Virus record (IMG/VR): IMGVR_UViG_3300027832_000014
DNA from: an uncultured virus (IMG/VR IMGVR_UViG_3300027832_000014)
Taxonomy: Duplodnaviria > Heunggongvirae > Uroviricota > Caudoviricetes
DNA length: 64,000 nucleotides
Strand: one strand, 5' to 3'
The notes beneath the pieces were generated by a model. The model was not told the origin of the DNA. It ran no database searches and saw only the letters and a program-made list of their open reading frames with translations. Position numbers and translations under genes: made by a program. Shown piece after piece: positions 9,442 to 19,394 of the stretch (position 1 is its first letter; each line of letters starts with the position of its first letter).

Positions 9442-10560
9442 TTACTCGGCCATCAGGCCCTCTTCGCGCAGCTTCTTAATGATGCGCTTGATCCACCCGA
9501 GCTGGATAGCAATGGTGCTGGCCTTAACCTCGGCACCCTTCTTCTCCAGAATCTCGGTCATCTTTTCCTTGGTGATGTCCGGCTTCTTGGCGATAGCCGT
9601 AATCATAATGTCGGCCGTCGACGGGCCGCGCTTCTTCTTGGGGGCCTTCTCAGCCGGCGCAGCCTTCTCAGCCTTCTCAGCCTTCGGCGCAGGAGCAGCC
9701 TTGCCCTTGCCCTTCTTCTTGGGGGTCTCGGTCACCTCTTCAGTGACGACAGTCTCCTCAGCAGCAACCACCTTAGCCTTGCGAGGGCTCTTCTTGGGAG
9801 CAATCTTCTTGGGGGCAGCCTTCTTGGTAGCCATATTGGTATCCTCTTCCTCGTCTTCGTCCTCGTCGGACTGGTTGTCGTCTTCGTCCTCGTCTTCGTC
9901 TTCGTCCGCGTCTTCCTCGTCTTCGTCCGCGTCTTCGTCCGCGTCTTCCTCAGGCTCGGTCTTCTTCTTGTTCTTACCCTTTTTCTTTGGTGCCGGGGCC
10001 TCGTCTTCCTCTTCGTCTTCCTCGTCTTCGTCCGCGTCTTCCTCGTCTTCGTCCGCGTCTTCCTCGTCTTCGTCCGCGTCTTCGTCCGCGTCTTCGTCCG
10101 CGTCTTCCTCGTCTTCGTCTTCCTCGTCTTCCTCAGGCTCGGGCGTCTTCTTACCCTTACCCTTTTTCTTTGGTGCCGGGGCCTCGTCTTCCTCTTCGTC
10201 TTCCTCGTCTTCGTCCGCGTCTTCGTCCGCGTCTTCCTCGTCTTCGTCGTCTTCGTCCGCGTCTTCGTCCGCGTCTTCCTCGTCTTCGTCTTCCTCAGGT
10301 TCGGGCTTCTTCTTGCCCTTACCCTTGGTAGCGACAGGCTCGAACGCGGGGATAGCTTCCTCCTCCTTAACCGCTTCAACAGCGGCGGCGTGCCAGCTCT
10401 GCACCTCTTCGGGCAGGTCTTCGTAGTCGTCGTCCTCAACCCCCTCAAAGGCGCGACAAACTCGCTCAAGGAAAGGCTGGTCCTTTTCCTTCTGGCCCTG
10501 CACCTTTTGGCCAGTAGCCTTGAGAGCTTCCTTGCCAACCTTGCCAATTTCAACAGTCAT
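9442..10560 (-). CDS. Protein with Asp/Glu-rich repeats and a Lys/Ala-rich histone-H1-like C-terminus
   Basis: Good RBS (GGAGAAGAG); long D/E repeats punctuated by KKKGKGKK; basic tail. Confidence 0.8.
   Translation of the reverse strand: MTVEIGKVGKEALKATGQKVQGQKEKDQPFLERVCRAFEGVEDDDYEDLPEEVQSWHAAAVEAVKEEEAIPAFEPVATKGKGKKKPEPEEDEDEEDADEDADEDDEDEEDADEDADEDEEDEEEDEAPAPKKKGKGKKTPEPEEDEEDEDEEDADEDADEDADEDEEDADEDEEDADEDEEDEEEDEAPAPKKKGKNKKKTEPEEDADEDADEDEEDADEDEDEDEDDNQSDEDEDEEEDTNMATKKAAPKKIAPKKSPRKAKVVAAEETVVTEEVTETPKKKGKGKAAPAPKAEKAEKAAPAEKAPKKKRGPSTADIMITAIAKKPDITKEKMTEILEKKGAEVKASTIAIQLGWIKRIIKKLREEGLMAE
9845..10330. repeat. Tandem GACGCGGACGAA / GACGAGGAA repeats in three blocks, each led by a KGK-containing basic motif
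   Basis: Directly visible as tcttcgtccgcg and tcttcctcg iterations on the + strand. Confidence 0.95.
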
Positions 10561-10635
10561 GTTTCTCTTCTCCGCTTTCTTTTGGGTTTCTTACGTGTAA
10601 GACACCTTGCATACATATACGATGTAGCATGGTGG

Positions 10636-11232
10636 TCACTTAGGCACTCGCTTCTTTACGCTTTCTTTTTTTGGGGATGGTTTTCTCCCCGGCTTCTTTG
10701 CAAAAGGATTATACCCCGGCTTTAGCAGGTGCTTGACCTTTAAGATACGAAGGGTTTGCCGGATGCTGGCGCGGCATTGTTCGACCATGCCTAAACTAAC
10801 CGTGTACCCTTCTTCAAGCAGAAGTGCATGGATGATCTTGTTGGGGATGTCGAATCTATTATCCAACATGATTTCTTTGGCACGCTCTGTTGCCGGTTTA
10901 CCCTTTTCCGTTTGGTTTTTCATTCGGTGCGGGGCGGACATGGCAGGTCCCCGCTTGGGTCGTGGTGTATCAGCCTCCTCTTCGCTTTCCAAGTAGTGAC
11001 TAAAATCGGGGAGCTTAAACCCCCTATTGTGCATAGGCACCGCAGCCTTGCACCATTCCTTTGTGGCCACCGATAGTCCGTCGAACAACTTGTCCGCCAT
11101 TTCATCCTGTGCCATCACAAGACGAGCGCGCCATGTTTGGTCGGATTCGTTGTCTCTCCTAGCTATACCAGTGGCGTTAATAAGCTCTACTTCGATAGAG
11201 CAGAGCACGCGGTTACCGGCACTGGTAGCCAT
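10636..11232 (-). CDS. Hypothetical protein, possible C-terminal HTH
   Basis: 198-aa ORF in operon; directly follows queD. Confidence 0.65.
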   Translation of the reverse strand: MATSAGNRVLCSIEVELINATGIARRDNESDQTWRARLVMAQDEMADKLFDGLSVATKEWCKAAVPMHNRGFKLPDFSHYLESEEEADTPRPKRGPAMSAPHRMKNQTEKGKPATERAKEIMLDNRFDIPNKIIHALLLEEGYTVSLGMVEQCRASIRQTLRILKVKHLLKPGYNPFAKKPGRKPSPKKESVKKRVPK

Positions 11233-11234
11233 CC

Positions 11235-11720
11235 CTAATGCCCCCCGAGGTCCGACAGGTGCTCAGGCAGGTACAAACTACCAAAGATGGCACTGTTCTT
11301 TTCGTTTTCGCGGGCTTCCACGGAAACCACGAAACACCGGCCATTTGTTACTTTGGAAAGATGCCCGTTAGCATAGTTGAACAAGTATTCCGCGGTACCC
11401 TCCATACTGGCGTTTTCGACCTCCCGCAAAAGGTACACGCCACGAGCTGCCTGCTCTCGCAGAACAGGCAGTTCTGGGTCGTCCGAGTTGACCAAAAGAG
11501 TATGGTCGTACATGTAGTCCAGGTGTTCCTTGAGCCACTTCAGATTTCCGAAGTCCACCACGAAACCGCATTTGTCCCGTTGCTTGGCCCCAAAAACAAA
11601 GGAGTACGTTCGGCTGTACCCGTGGATGTAGGAGCAGTGCCCATCGTGGCGGTGCTGCCGGTGACAGCAAGGGAAGCCCGTGTATGTCTTTGTGCTTAGA
11701 TGTATCACGCTTGTCTCCAC
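11235..11720 (-). CDS. queD: 6-carboxytetrahydropterin synthase
   Basis: CHRQ...HCSYIHGYS, GFVVDFG, DHTLL, SMEG, ENEKN. Confidence 0.92.
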   Translation of the reverse strand: METSVIHLSTKTYTGFPCCHRQHRHDGHCSYIHGYSRTYSFVFGAKQRDKCGFVVDFGNLKWLKEHLDYMYDHTLLVNSDDPELPVLREQAARGVYLLREVENASMEGTAEYLFNYANGHLSKVTNGRCFVVSVEARENEKNSAIFGSLYLPEHLSDLGGH

Positions 11721-12304
11721 TCTGTTAGTGCGCTTCTTAACGCGGTGCTTACCTTATACTTGTTTGGGTCAATGCCAATGATTCTACAAAGAAATTCATT
11801 CCTAGTTTCTCGTTTGGTTAAATCACCAACTAATTCTTTCTTGTATCCTTTTTTGAATTGTTCCATTTTTCGAGGGTCGTCGAACATGGAGACGAAAAGC
11901 CTGCACTCCACGCTGTATTCTCGTAGGAAGGTGAGAAAAGGCCCCAAATCGCTAGCTGGGTCTGCTACCTCAAGTATTGTGGGCAGTGCATCGTCATTTG
12001 CGCGGTTAAACAAGCCGACAGGGGTCTCTCTAGCCGAACGGCTGGCCCACCTTACCCCCAAGTCAATTAGCGTGTTGTGCAGTGAGGTTTTGTACAACGC
12101 CATAAAGTGCTTCTCGCAGGTTACCCGAGGGGGGCCGTACTTAAAGCGTATGTTCTCAAAAATCAAATAGGCTTCCGCGTAGAGATCTTCTACGTCTACG
12201 CTGGGGAAACGGTAAGAGTTCTTCCTACAATACTTAAGTGCGTACCAAGCAATGGCACCTTCCCATGTGGGAACAAAACCCGGTATGCGTGGTCTTGCTC
12301 TCAT
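11705..12304 (-). CDS. Hypothetical protein with sigma-factor region-2-like segment
   Basis: DVEDLYAEAYLIF...FMALYKTSLHNTLID resembles sigma70 region 2. Confidence 0.45.
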   Translation of the reverse strand: MRARPRIPGFVPTWEGAIAWYALKYCRKNSYRFPSVDVEDLYAEAYLIFENIRFKYGPPRVTCEKHFMALYKTSLHNTLIDLGVRWASRSARETPVGLFNRANDDALPTILEVADPASDLGPFLTFLREYSVECRLFVSMFDDPRKMEQFKKGYKKELVGDLTKRETRNEFLCRIIGIDPNKYKVSTALRSALTEWRQA

Positions 12305-13548
12305 TAAACAACCCCCGTGGTAATCACTTTATTAAAAGAGGGGAGTGGCTGGCGGGGCCACTGCATATTGGCACTAAAGTTAATGGTATGTAGCTTCTTT
12401 TCTTTGGAAAACTTGTCTTCCATGTTTATAATCATTGCCCGGTACCCCACCGAATCTAATGCGCCGGGGTCCTCGTACCCTTCGGGTATTTCTCCCAAGG
12501 ATACGTCAACGCCCGCAAAGTTGGATAATGCGTCCACTTGATTAACCACCGTTTCGGGGTCCAACAGGAACACTATCTTATCAAAGACCTTAGAAAGCTT
12601 CTCGAGAAGCATAACCTGCTTCTCACTAACAGTAACGCCAAACAAGCAGGTGTGCTGAAAATTCACAGGGGGTGTTCCCGGTCGCCGCCTAGCGTGTTCT
12701 CCTGCCCGAGATAACTTCCCTTTTAAATAGTCTAACTTAAGCGCGTCCATGGGGCCTTCGCACACCAGTAAAATGTTAAAAAAGGAATCTCTCCCAGTTA
12801 GGTTAATAAGGTCATCGTACCCATACAGGCAGTCTTTAATGTTCCTTTTAGCCAGTGGCATACCTTGTATGTTGCTCGGCTTCTCCGAAAGGGACTTGTA
12901 GCGTACCGAACTTTGGCCAATCGCTCGTGCTGTCCAAGTAACAACCTCTCCCTTGTGACGGATAGCAAAAAGAACCCTGTCCTTAAATAAACCCTTCTTG
13001 CAGAAGAAAACATGGTTACTGTTTAGAACCTTCATTGTTTCGCCGTTATACAAGAAACCACGACCCTGCATATACGACCAAAAGCGGCTCCCCTTGCTTA
13101 CGTTAATAGGCCGCTGCGCGGATACCATAGAAACTTTAAGTTTCCCGGGATCTTTCTTCTTTTGTTTGGCAGTACCCCCACTAGTGGCAATGTATGCCGT
13201 CGGTGTGTTTTCCATGGCCTCGCGCAACGCCTGTATAGGGCCGCTAGGGGACAGTGACGGCTTTCGGCCTGCTATGCCGTCGGCGCGGGCTTTGTCGCAG
13301 CCTAGCAGGGCCATTATAAGACGCTGGGGAGCAATTCCACGATGGTCCGCGGCACGCCAGCAAGACCAACCCCGACCATGTATGCTAACGCCCATGTGAT
13401 GACTAGGGTCGCCGCTACCGCAGAACGGGCACTTAATGTTTATGTTTCCTTGAGAGACGTTTGGTCCCGTGGTTACATACTCAATGCTGTTGCTTTCGAA
13501 GAACTTGCGCCAGTCGAAAGAAGAAGTGCCTTTTGTTTTGCGTGCCAT
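12304..13548 (-). CDS. DNA primase (Zn finger plus TOPRIM)
   Basis: CPFCGSGD..H...CWR, WTARAI, LVCEGPMDAL, FLLD, EDPG. Confidence 0.8.
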   Translation of the reverse strand: MARKTKGTSSFDWRKFFESNSIEYVTTGPNVSQGNINIKCPFCGSGDPSHHMGVSIHGRGWSCWRAADHRGIAPQRLIMALLGCDKARADGIAGRKPSLSPSGPIQALREAMENTPTAYIATSGGTAKQKKKDPGKLKVSMVSAQRPINVSKGSRFWSYMQGRGFLYNGETMKVLNSNHVFFCKKGLFKDRVLFAIRHKGEVVTWTARAIGQSSVRYKSLSEKPSNIQGMPLAKRNIKDCLYGYDDLINLTGRDSFFNILLVCEGPMDALKLDYLKGKLSRAGEHARRRPGTPPVNFQHTCLFGVTVSEKQVMLLEKLSKVFDKIVFLLDPETVVNQVDALSNFAGVDVSLGEIPEGYEDPGALDSVGYRAMIINMEDKFSKEKKLHTINFSANMQWPRQPLPSFNKVITTGVV

Positions 13549-14045
13549 TAGCTGTCACTACTCACAATGTATTCGTCCGGCACTGTGCCTCGTCTTGCCA
13601 AGCCAGCCCAATAGTCCGCTTGTTCGTTGAAAGCGTGCCCCCGGTGCCCCTTGACCCACTTGAAGGTCAAATTCCTGTGCGCTCTCTTTTGTAGCAGCAA
13701 CCGTTTCCAAAGATCCATGTTCTTTAGGTCGTCCCCGTTGGAAACTTTCCAGTCGTTTCCTTCCCAGTCCTTAATCCAAAAGCGGAAGCCGTCTACGACG
13801 TACTTACTGTCGCTGGTAACCACCACGGGAACATCGTGGGCACCAAGTATTTCCAAGGGGCAAATTGCCGCCAGTAACTCCATGCGATTATTGCTTGTGG
13901 CATTAGCAGCAACACCGCACATAATGGTAGGGTTAAGCGGATAAAATCCGTGTACGATAATAGCACCCCAACCTCCATCACGTTGTGTCTTCTTGTTTCT
14001 ACAACTGCCATCGCAGTATATGTCAATTGTCTTCATACAACTCAT
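13548..14045 (-). CDS. rnhA: Ribonuclease HI
   Basis: YCDGSC, GGWG, NNRMEL, SDSKYV, WVKGH, NEQAD. Confidence 0.95.
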   Translation of the reverse strand: MSCMKTIDIYCDGSCRNKKTQRDGGWGAIIVHGFYPLNPTIMCGVAANATSNNRMELLAAICPLEILGAHDVPVVVTSDSKYVVDGFRFWIKDWEGNDWKVSNGDDLKNMDLWKRLLLQKRAHRNLTFKWVKGHRGHAFNEQADYWAGLARRGTVPDEYIVSSDS

Positions 14046-15597
14046 CCGATCCGTTAAGAAGGATTTCCAAGAGGTTCTTGCCCTCTTTGCAGTACTCCAA
14101 TATGCGCACGTCCACCGTGCCTTTCATCAGCAAATTAAAGATAAACACTTTCTTCATCTTCTGTCCACCACGGGCCACCCGGCGCAATAACTGTTGTCTA
14201 GCAATAGAGGATATAGGCGTTTCATACACAAACATGTAATTGGCCACCTGTAGGTTTAGCCCACTACCACCGGCCTTGTGACTCATCAAGTAGCAAACGC
14301 ACGTTGGGTCTTGTTTGAACCTGCGCAACTCATCCCGCTTTTCCTGCTTGGTTAAACCATTCCCCAAGAAAGCAAAGTTTATGCCAAGTTCTGTTAGCGC
14401 TTTCTTTAAAAGGACGCCACTTTGAATGAACTCGTAGGCGATAACCATTTTCCGAGCAGAAGGAACGTTCCCCATAAGAGACAAAAGCAAATCCAACTTA
14501 GGATTCTCGGGCAGGTTAACCACGGTCACCTTTGCTGTCTTGGCATTCTTCACCTTTAGGAAACCACTGCTAATCTGTCTTAATTTCATAAACTCATTCT
14601 TCATAAGAGACTTGTTGCCTTTAGCTGCGGCCAATTTGGCTTGGTACTTCTTATAGTAATCAATACCCGTGTGGGACAAAGCCACCACTTTATTAACTTC
14701 TACTTCTTGGGGCATGTCAACACATTCAGAAGCCTCGTAGCTAATACTGCGATTCTTCATAACTTCGTGCAGTTTGTTTAGTTTGGCATCATCGAAGATG
14801 TACTCCGGGAAACCAGAAAAGTAGTTTCTCTTTGACTTAAAGAAAGCAGAGCGAAACATGCCAAGAGTTTCCCCAAGGGTATCCCCCATGTCGATAGTCA
14901 TAAATTGGTTCCAAAAGGCAGAGGGGTCTCGGCCTGCCGGGGTTCCGGTAAAGGCAAACCGGAACTCTACTTGTTTGGCAATCTTGCGGCATACCCGACT
15001 AGTAAGAGAATCGTGGTTCATAAGGGCTTGGCTTTCGTCGAACGCAACAAACCCAATGCGGTCGGTTAACCGCTTGATAACACCATCCTGCGGCTTAAGG
15101 TTCTCACCACCCCCCTTCTTTCCGCTAGCAACCTTAGTGCTTACCAAATGGTTCAACCCCGCGTAGTTGATACAGTACAAGTCCGCCGGGTCGAGCAACG
15201 CCATCTCTTTTTGGTGACTGGTCCCAACCAACGGCACAAACGAAAAATGCGGGCAGTGTTCTTCCACCTGCTCTTGCCAACCTTCGATATTGATAACGTT
15301 TGGCACTAGAACCAGCCCACTCCCAATGCCCTGCATTTGCCGGAAATAGTCATACAGGGTTAACGCTAGCAGACTTTTGCCTGTGCCCATGTCAAGGAAA
15401 TAGAGGAATTGCTCGTGGGCTACTCCCAGCAGCAAGCAAATCATCTGGTGGCTGTACAAAGTCGTGCACATGGTAGAACGCGGGTTAATCAGTTTGTATT
15501 CGCGCACGACTTCCTTAGCGGGCAGCTCTTTCATCCAGTCGTAGTTTGCCAGTTTGCGTTCTAAGAACTGGTTAACTACTCTTTTTGTTACGGGCAT
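14023..15597 (-). CDS. SNF2-family helicase
   Basis: DMGTGKS, FDESQ, TGTP, KLRQISSG, GLNLQ, RVARGGQ. Confidence 0.9.
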   Translation of the reverse strand: MPVTKRVVNQFLERKLANYDWMKELPAKEVVREYKLINPRSTMCTTLYSHQMICLLLGVAHEQFLYFLDMGTGKSLLALTLYDYFRQMQGIGSGLVLVPNVINIEGWQEQVEEHCPHFSFVPLVGTSHQKEMALLDPADLYCINYAGLNHLVSTKVASGKKGGGENLKPQDGVIKRLTDRIGFVAFDESQALMNHDSLTSRVCRKIAKQVEFRFAFTGTPAGRDPSAFWNQFMTIDMGDTLGETLGMFRSAFFKSKRNYFSGFPEYIFDDAKLNKLHEVMKNRSISYEASECVDMPQEVEVNKVVALSHTGIDYYKKYQAKLAAAKGNKSLMKNEFMKLRQISSGFLKVKNAKTAKVTVVNLPENPKLDLLLSLMGNVPSARKMVIAYEFIQSGVLLKKALTELGINFAFLGNGLTKQEKRDELRRFKQDPTCVCYLMSHKAGGSGLNLQVANYMFVYETPISSIARQQLLRRVARGGQKMKKVFIFNLLMKGTVDVRILEYCKEGKNLLEILLNGSDELYEDN

Positions 15598-16322
15598 ATC
15601 TTTTTCTCTAACCCCCTAATGTCCTTTTCTAGCTTTTCCACGTTCTTGTTATAAACATCTTGTACAGTACTCTTTTTTTCAGAACTCTGTTTCGTCTTGG
15701 GCTGCCGTTGCTCACGGGAGGTTGTGTTCCTAAGAACAACCTGTTCCAAAAAGTCTTCACAGTGCAAGCAACTTTCGGGGAATTCTTTTCGCAACTTTTC
15801 CACGGTTGTTGCTTTTTCAAAAAGTTCCGTAAAAGTAATGATGCTAGTTGTCCATAAGTTCACGTACTGGTACTGTAACTGATCCTGTCGTATTAGAAGA
15901 CCGGCCAACGGTTCTTGTGCGACGGGGGCTACCAGTCTAATTTTGTCCTTAGATGACAAACCTGGATGCGTACTCTCCCTCCTACCAGAGACATAACCAA
16001 AACAAAGGGGGGCAGGCACTAGCGTTGGGTGTTCAAACAATATGGTAATGATGCGCCAGCTTGGAGTAAGCTCTGCGCTAGCTGGTATGTTTGCCGCAAC
16101 GCTAAGCACCATGAGCGCGTTACGATGTGCGTTAATAGTCTCGTACAATGCCTCTTTCAACTCAGGGCTGCGCACGTTTGGCATGGGGTATTGCTGCTCC
16201 ATGTACTGTTCAAAAAGGAGTACAGAAGAAGCATACAGAGAGTCTCTGTGTGTCTTTAGGAGCGCATCCGCGCATAGGGAAGCAATGTGCAGCTTCTCTT
16301 TCTTGGTAAGGTAGTTGGCCAT
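15588..16322 (-). CDS. Hypothetical protein
   Basis: Long ORF packed between the two helicase genes. Confidence 0.65.
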   Translation of the reverse strand: MANYLTKKEKLHIASLCADALLKTHRDSLYASSVLLFEQYMEQQYPMPNVRSPELKEALYETINAHRNALMVLSVAANIPASAELTPSWRIITILFEHPTLVPAPLCFGYVSGRRESTHPGLSSKDKIRLVAPVAQEPLAGLLIRQDQLQYQYVNLWTTSIITFTELFEKATTVEKLRKEFPESCLHCEDFLEQVVLRNTTSREQRQPKTKQSSEKKSTVQDVYNKNVEKLEKDIRGLEKKICP

Positions 16323-16323
16323 G

Positions 16324-17754
16324 TTAGTCCTCCTCGTCGTCCGGTTCATCCGATAGTTCTTTCAACATGTCAAAGTAATTGCTGCTAAGGCGCACGCTAT
16401 CCACCACAAATTGGCTTTGCGTATAGTTCTGGCTAACCAGAACGGTAAAGGAGTCCTGGTCCCCACGGGCAAGCTGTACCGTCACCCTAGCAAGCCCAAG
16501 CATCTTTTCCATCTTTGTCTGGTTGTAAATAACCACAATGTCCGCGGTAGCCATCTTGCTAAAGTCTTCCGCGATATTGCTCTCAGTCATTTCCTTGCGG
16601 CCGACGCCCTGCCGGTTGCCCTGACTAAAGGTAACCACGGCGGCATTACGCTCTTGCCCCAAGCCGCGTAGGTCGACGTACAACTTGCCAAGCGCGTCTC
16701 GCTTGTTATCGGAAGGCACTTCCATAATGTCAGCGTAGTCAAGGATAATTAGGTCGGGGATAAAGCCTTCCCTCTGTTCCAGGTTATCCAAGTAAGCGTT
16801 AAGCCCCTTAATGGTCAACTTGCCACTAGGGAAGCCTTTAACAATAATGTTCTTAATGCGGTAGCCAACTTGGTCTATCTTCTTAAGCAGCTTGGACTTA
16901 ATGTTGTCATCTTCAAACGTGTGCTGCGGGGTGCGGTCCACCGGCAACATGTCGACCAGCTTGCCTTTCTTAACTTCTAGTCTCGTAATGGAGATGTCTT
17001 CTTTGCGCTTGGCAACAGCAAACAAGTTCTGCACATAACGCTGTGCAATAGCTTCCGCACTCATTTCTAAACTAATGTGCAAGACCTTCTTGCGATTAAG
17101 CAAAGACTGCCTTCCAAGGTTTACCGCAAACTGTGTCTTCCCCCTCTTGGGCAGAGCCACAAAGACGAATAGGGTTTGTCTAGCGGGGCACACTTGGTAC
17201 TTGTCAAATTCAGGTATGCCTGTTGGGAATTCTAGTTCTTCGTCCAGCTTGTCCAAGAAAGACAAACTACGTGTGGTATCTATAAGGCGAATACCCGGTT
17301 CAAACAGATCCAGCTTTGTTTTCTGAGCCTTGGCTAGAATCTCATCCACGTCATCAATGGCGTCGCTTCCCATGCTGGCTAGCAGTTCCGCGGATTCAAG
17401 CACGGCCTGCATGGTTACTTGCGTCCTAATAAAGTTCTGCAAGCTGGACATCACGTACTCTTCGTTGATGTCCTTATGGGACTGCTCAACATTGAGAATG
17501 GTGTCACGGTACTGCTCTGCAATGTCTTCGTCGCTATGGTTAAGCTCGTTCTCAAACAAGTCCGCCAAATGGACAAAGCCGGGGGGCTTCCCGTAGGTGT
17601 CATAGTAATCACACAGAGTTTCCATCATGTCGGCGTAGTGCCCAATGAAAAGTTCAGGCTTAATGGTATTGCGTATGATGCCCGCTTGCTTTTCACTAGT
17701 TGCCAGCAACGCTAGGAGGTTTTCCTGCGATGCCTTCCCAAGACGTTTTGCCAT
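16324..17754 (-). CDS. DnaB-like replicative helicase
   Basis: PTGIPEFD, ALPKRGKT, ISLEMS, ILDYAD, SQGNR, AEDFSK. Confidence 0.9.
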   Translation of the reverse strand: MAKRLGKASQENLLALLATSEKQAGIIRNTIKPELFIGHYADMMETLCDYYDTYGKPPGFVHLADLFENELNHSDEDIAEQYRDTILNVEQSHKDINEEYVMSSLQNFIRTQVTMQAVLESAELLASMGSDAIDDVDEILAKAQKTKLDLFEPGIRLIDTTRSLSFLDKLDEELEFPTGIPEFDKYQVCPARQTLFVFVALPKRGKTQFAVNLGRQSLLNRKKVLHISLEMSAEAIAQRYVQNLFAVAKRKEDISITRLEVKKGKLVDMLPVDRTPQHTFEDDNIKSKLLKKIDQVGYRIKNIIVKGFPSGKLTIKGLNAYLDNLEQREGFIPDLIILDYADIMEVPSDNKRDALGKLYVDLRGLGQERNAAVVTFSQGNRQGVGRKEMTESNIAEDFSKMATADIVVIYNQTKMEKMLGLARVTVQLARGDQDSFTVLVSQNYTQSQFVVDSVRLSSNYFDMLKELSDEPDDEED

Positions 17755-18593
17755 TATGGGATGGCCGTGAACAAGTGCTGCTGAATGGTAAGTCGGGCAC
17801 CATACTCCATACAAAGCTCTGCGGTGCGTGCGTAGTTGCGCGCCGTGGCCTCACGGTCAATGTGTTCCCCCGACCAGCCGCTAACCACCTCGCTAGTGGG
17901 CGCGCTATGGTACACGGCAATGGGAGACAGCCACACACGCTCCATGGGGTTTATTTTGTATGCCAAGTCTTTCCCCCAAGCCGGGATATCGTAGTACGGG
18001 CTTTCCGGGTCTGCACTAATAAGGAACTTAAACACGTCTCCGAAGGTTTTCATCCTATCTGCAATTTTGGGAACCGGTTTCTTTGCAGAATCGTACTTCT
18101 TCAACTTCTCAGCAGCTTTAGGCGAAACCACAATAGTCACTCTGCTCCCGGACATGCGCACCAACCACTCCGGCATATAGGTGCCGTTGGTTTCCAGTTG
18201 GATCTCGTACCCTTCCGCCTTCAATGCCCTAAATAGATTTTCCATGGGAATGTCGGGTTGCAGGAGGGGCTCCCCTCCGGTAAGGATAACCAGCTTGCTT
18301 TTGGTACCGCTTTGCACAATCTCTAACAGATCAAGCGGCGCGTATAACAGCGATTTGTTTATGGAGAAGTCTGTGTCACAAAAAGTGCAGCCGGGGCCAG
18401 CCTTTGTGCCCTTGCCCCCAAAGTTGCAACCACCAAAGCGAATGAAGAAAGCGGGCCTGCCCGCAAAAGGTCCTTCTCCCTGTAAGGTATCAAAGTGCGT
18501 GCGAACCAGAAGTTTACCTTCCTCAAAGAACTTCTTTTGAAAAGCCCCCTTACCATAACTGGTGTCCACGTTTACCGGATTGTATTTCGTCAT
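17754..18593 (-). CDS. queE: 7-carboxy-7-deazaguanine synthase (radical SAM)
   Basis: TLQGEG, FIRFGGCN...CTFCDT, TGGEP, ETNGT, VSPK, QQH. Confidence 0.93.
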   Translation of the reverse strand: MTKYNPVNVDTSYGKGAFQKKFFEEGKLLVRTHFDTLQGEGPFAGRPAFFIRFGGCNFGGKGTKAGPGCTFCDTDFSINKSLLYAPLDLLEIVQSGTKSKLVILTGGEPLLQPDIPMENLFRALKAEGYEIQLETNGTYMPEWLVRMSGSRVTIVVSPKAAEKLKKYDSAKKPVPKIADRMKTFGDVFKFLISADPESPYYDIPAWGKDLAYKINPMERVWLSPIAVYHSAPTSEVVSGWSGEHIDREATARNYARTAELCMEYGARLTIQQHLFTAIP

Positions 18594-18598
18594 GTTAA

Positions 18599-19099
18599 TT
18601 AACCTCTGTGTCTTACGAGAAACTTAAGCATACCATTTTTAGCATAGCCGGGGAAGGCGTGGTCCATAATAACCCCCACCCGCTCTAATGATTCAAACAA
18701 GGTCTTGTACGAGATAAACTGCCCCTGCACTTGGAGGTACTCGTTTGCAGAAATAACCATCAATTTGTAGATGTGACGGCGTTCGTTGCGTGTTGCCTTT
18801 GGCATATAAGAATCCAAGTACGCCCGCATACCAGAAAAAACATCCGATACCTTGTTGCCCCAACGAGACTTCATAACCTCTATAGGAGGGCACCGCCCTA
18901 AGCCAAGGTCGTTGAGACAAGCGCTTTGGAAGCCTTCCCAAACCTCGTGTATCCCTATGTCTTCCGCAATTTCTTTTTGGGCAAGGGGCGGCGCACCCGC
19001 AAGATCCAGCAAGGCTTGCGCAGTGCTGGCAACTTCGTTTAGTTCTGGCGCGGTTAGCTTGGGTAGAAGTGCTAGTATCTGGTCTTTGGTGGTGTTCAC
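18599..19099 (-). CDS. Hypothetical protein
   Basis: GTG start overlaps the upstream stop; ends AFPGYAKNGML. Confidence 0.65.
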   Translation of the reverse strand: MNTTKDQILALLPKLTAPELNEVASTAQALLDLAGAPPLAQKEIAEDIGIHEVWEGFQSACLNDLGLGRCPPIEVMKSRWGNKVSDVFSGMRAYLDSYMPKATRNERRHIYKLMVISANEYLQVQGQFISYKTLFESLERVGVIMDHAFPGYAKNGMLKFLVRHRG

Positions 19100-19392
19100 T
19101 TGTTGGCTAGTGCTTTCAACTGGTCGTGTATGTCTATAATATCTTGTGCAGCCAGTTTGGATGCTGGGTTGGACGTGCCAGACCAAATTGCCATTGACCG
19201 CATATTTTCGGGCAACGTGTCTCGCATGTGTGCCACAACCGGCCCAAGTCGGGCAAGGCACTGTTGCACGGCTGGGTCGACAGTGTTTGCCTTTTTGGTG
19301 GCCTGCTTAGTGTGTGAAGCCGGGTCGCTTAAGCGCGGCCGGCGCTTGGGTGCAAAGTCCTTGTCAAAGTCTATTTTTGGGACCTTGGCCAT
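19096..19392 (-). CDS. Hypothetical protein
   Basis: Operonic packing. Confidence 0.6.
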   Translation of the reverse strand: MAKVPKIDFDKDFAPKRRPRLSDPASHTKQATKKANTVDPAVQQCLARLGPVVAHMRDTLPENMRSMAIWSGTSNPASKLAAQDIIDIHDQLKALANK

Positions 19393-19394
19393 AG

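Noticed and set aside
9479..10553. Poly-Ser (+) and Thr/Lys/Arg (-) ORFs
   Set aside because: Alternative frames of stop-free acidic repeats; the D/E frame has the RBS.
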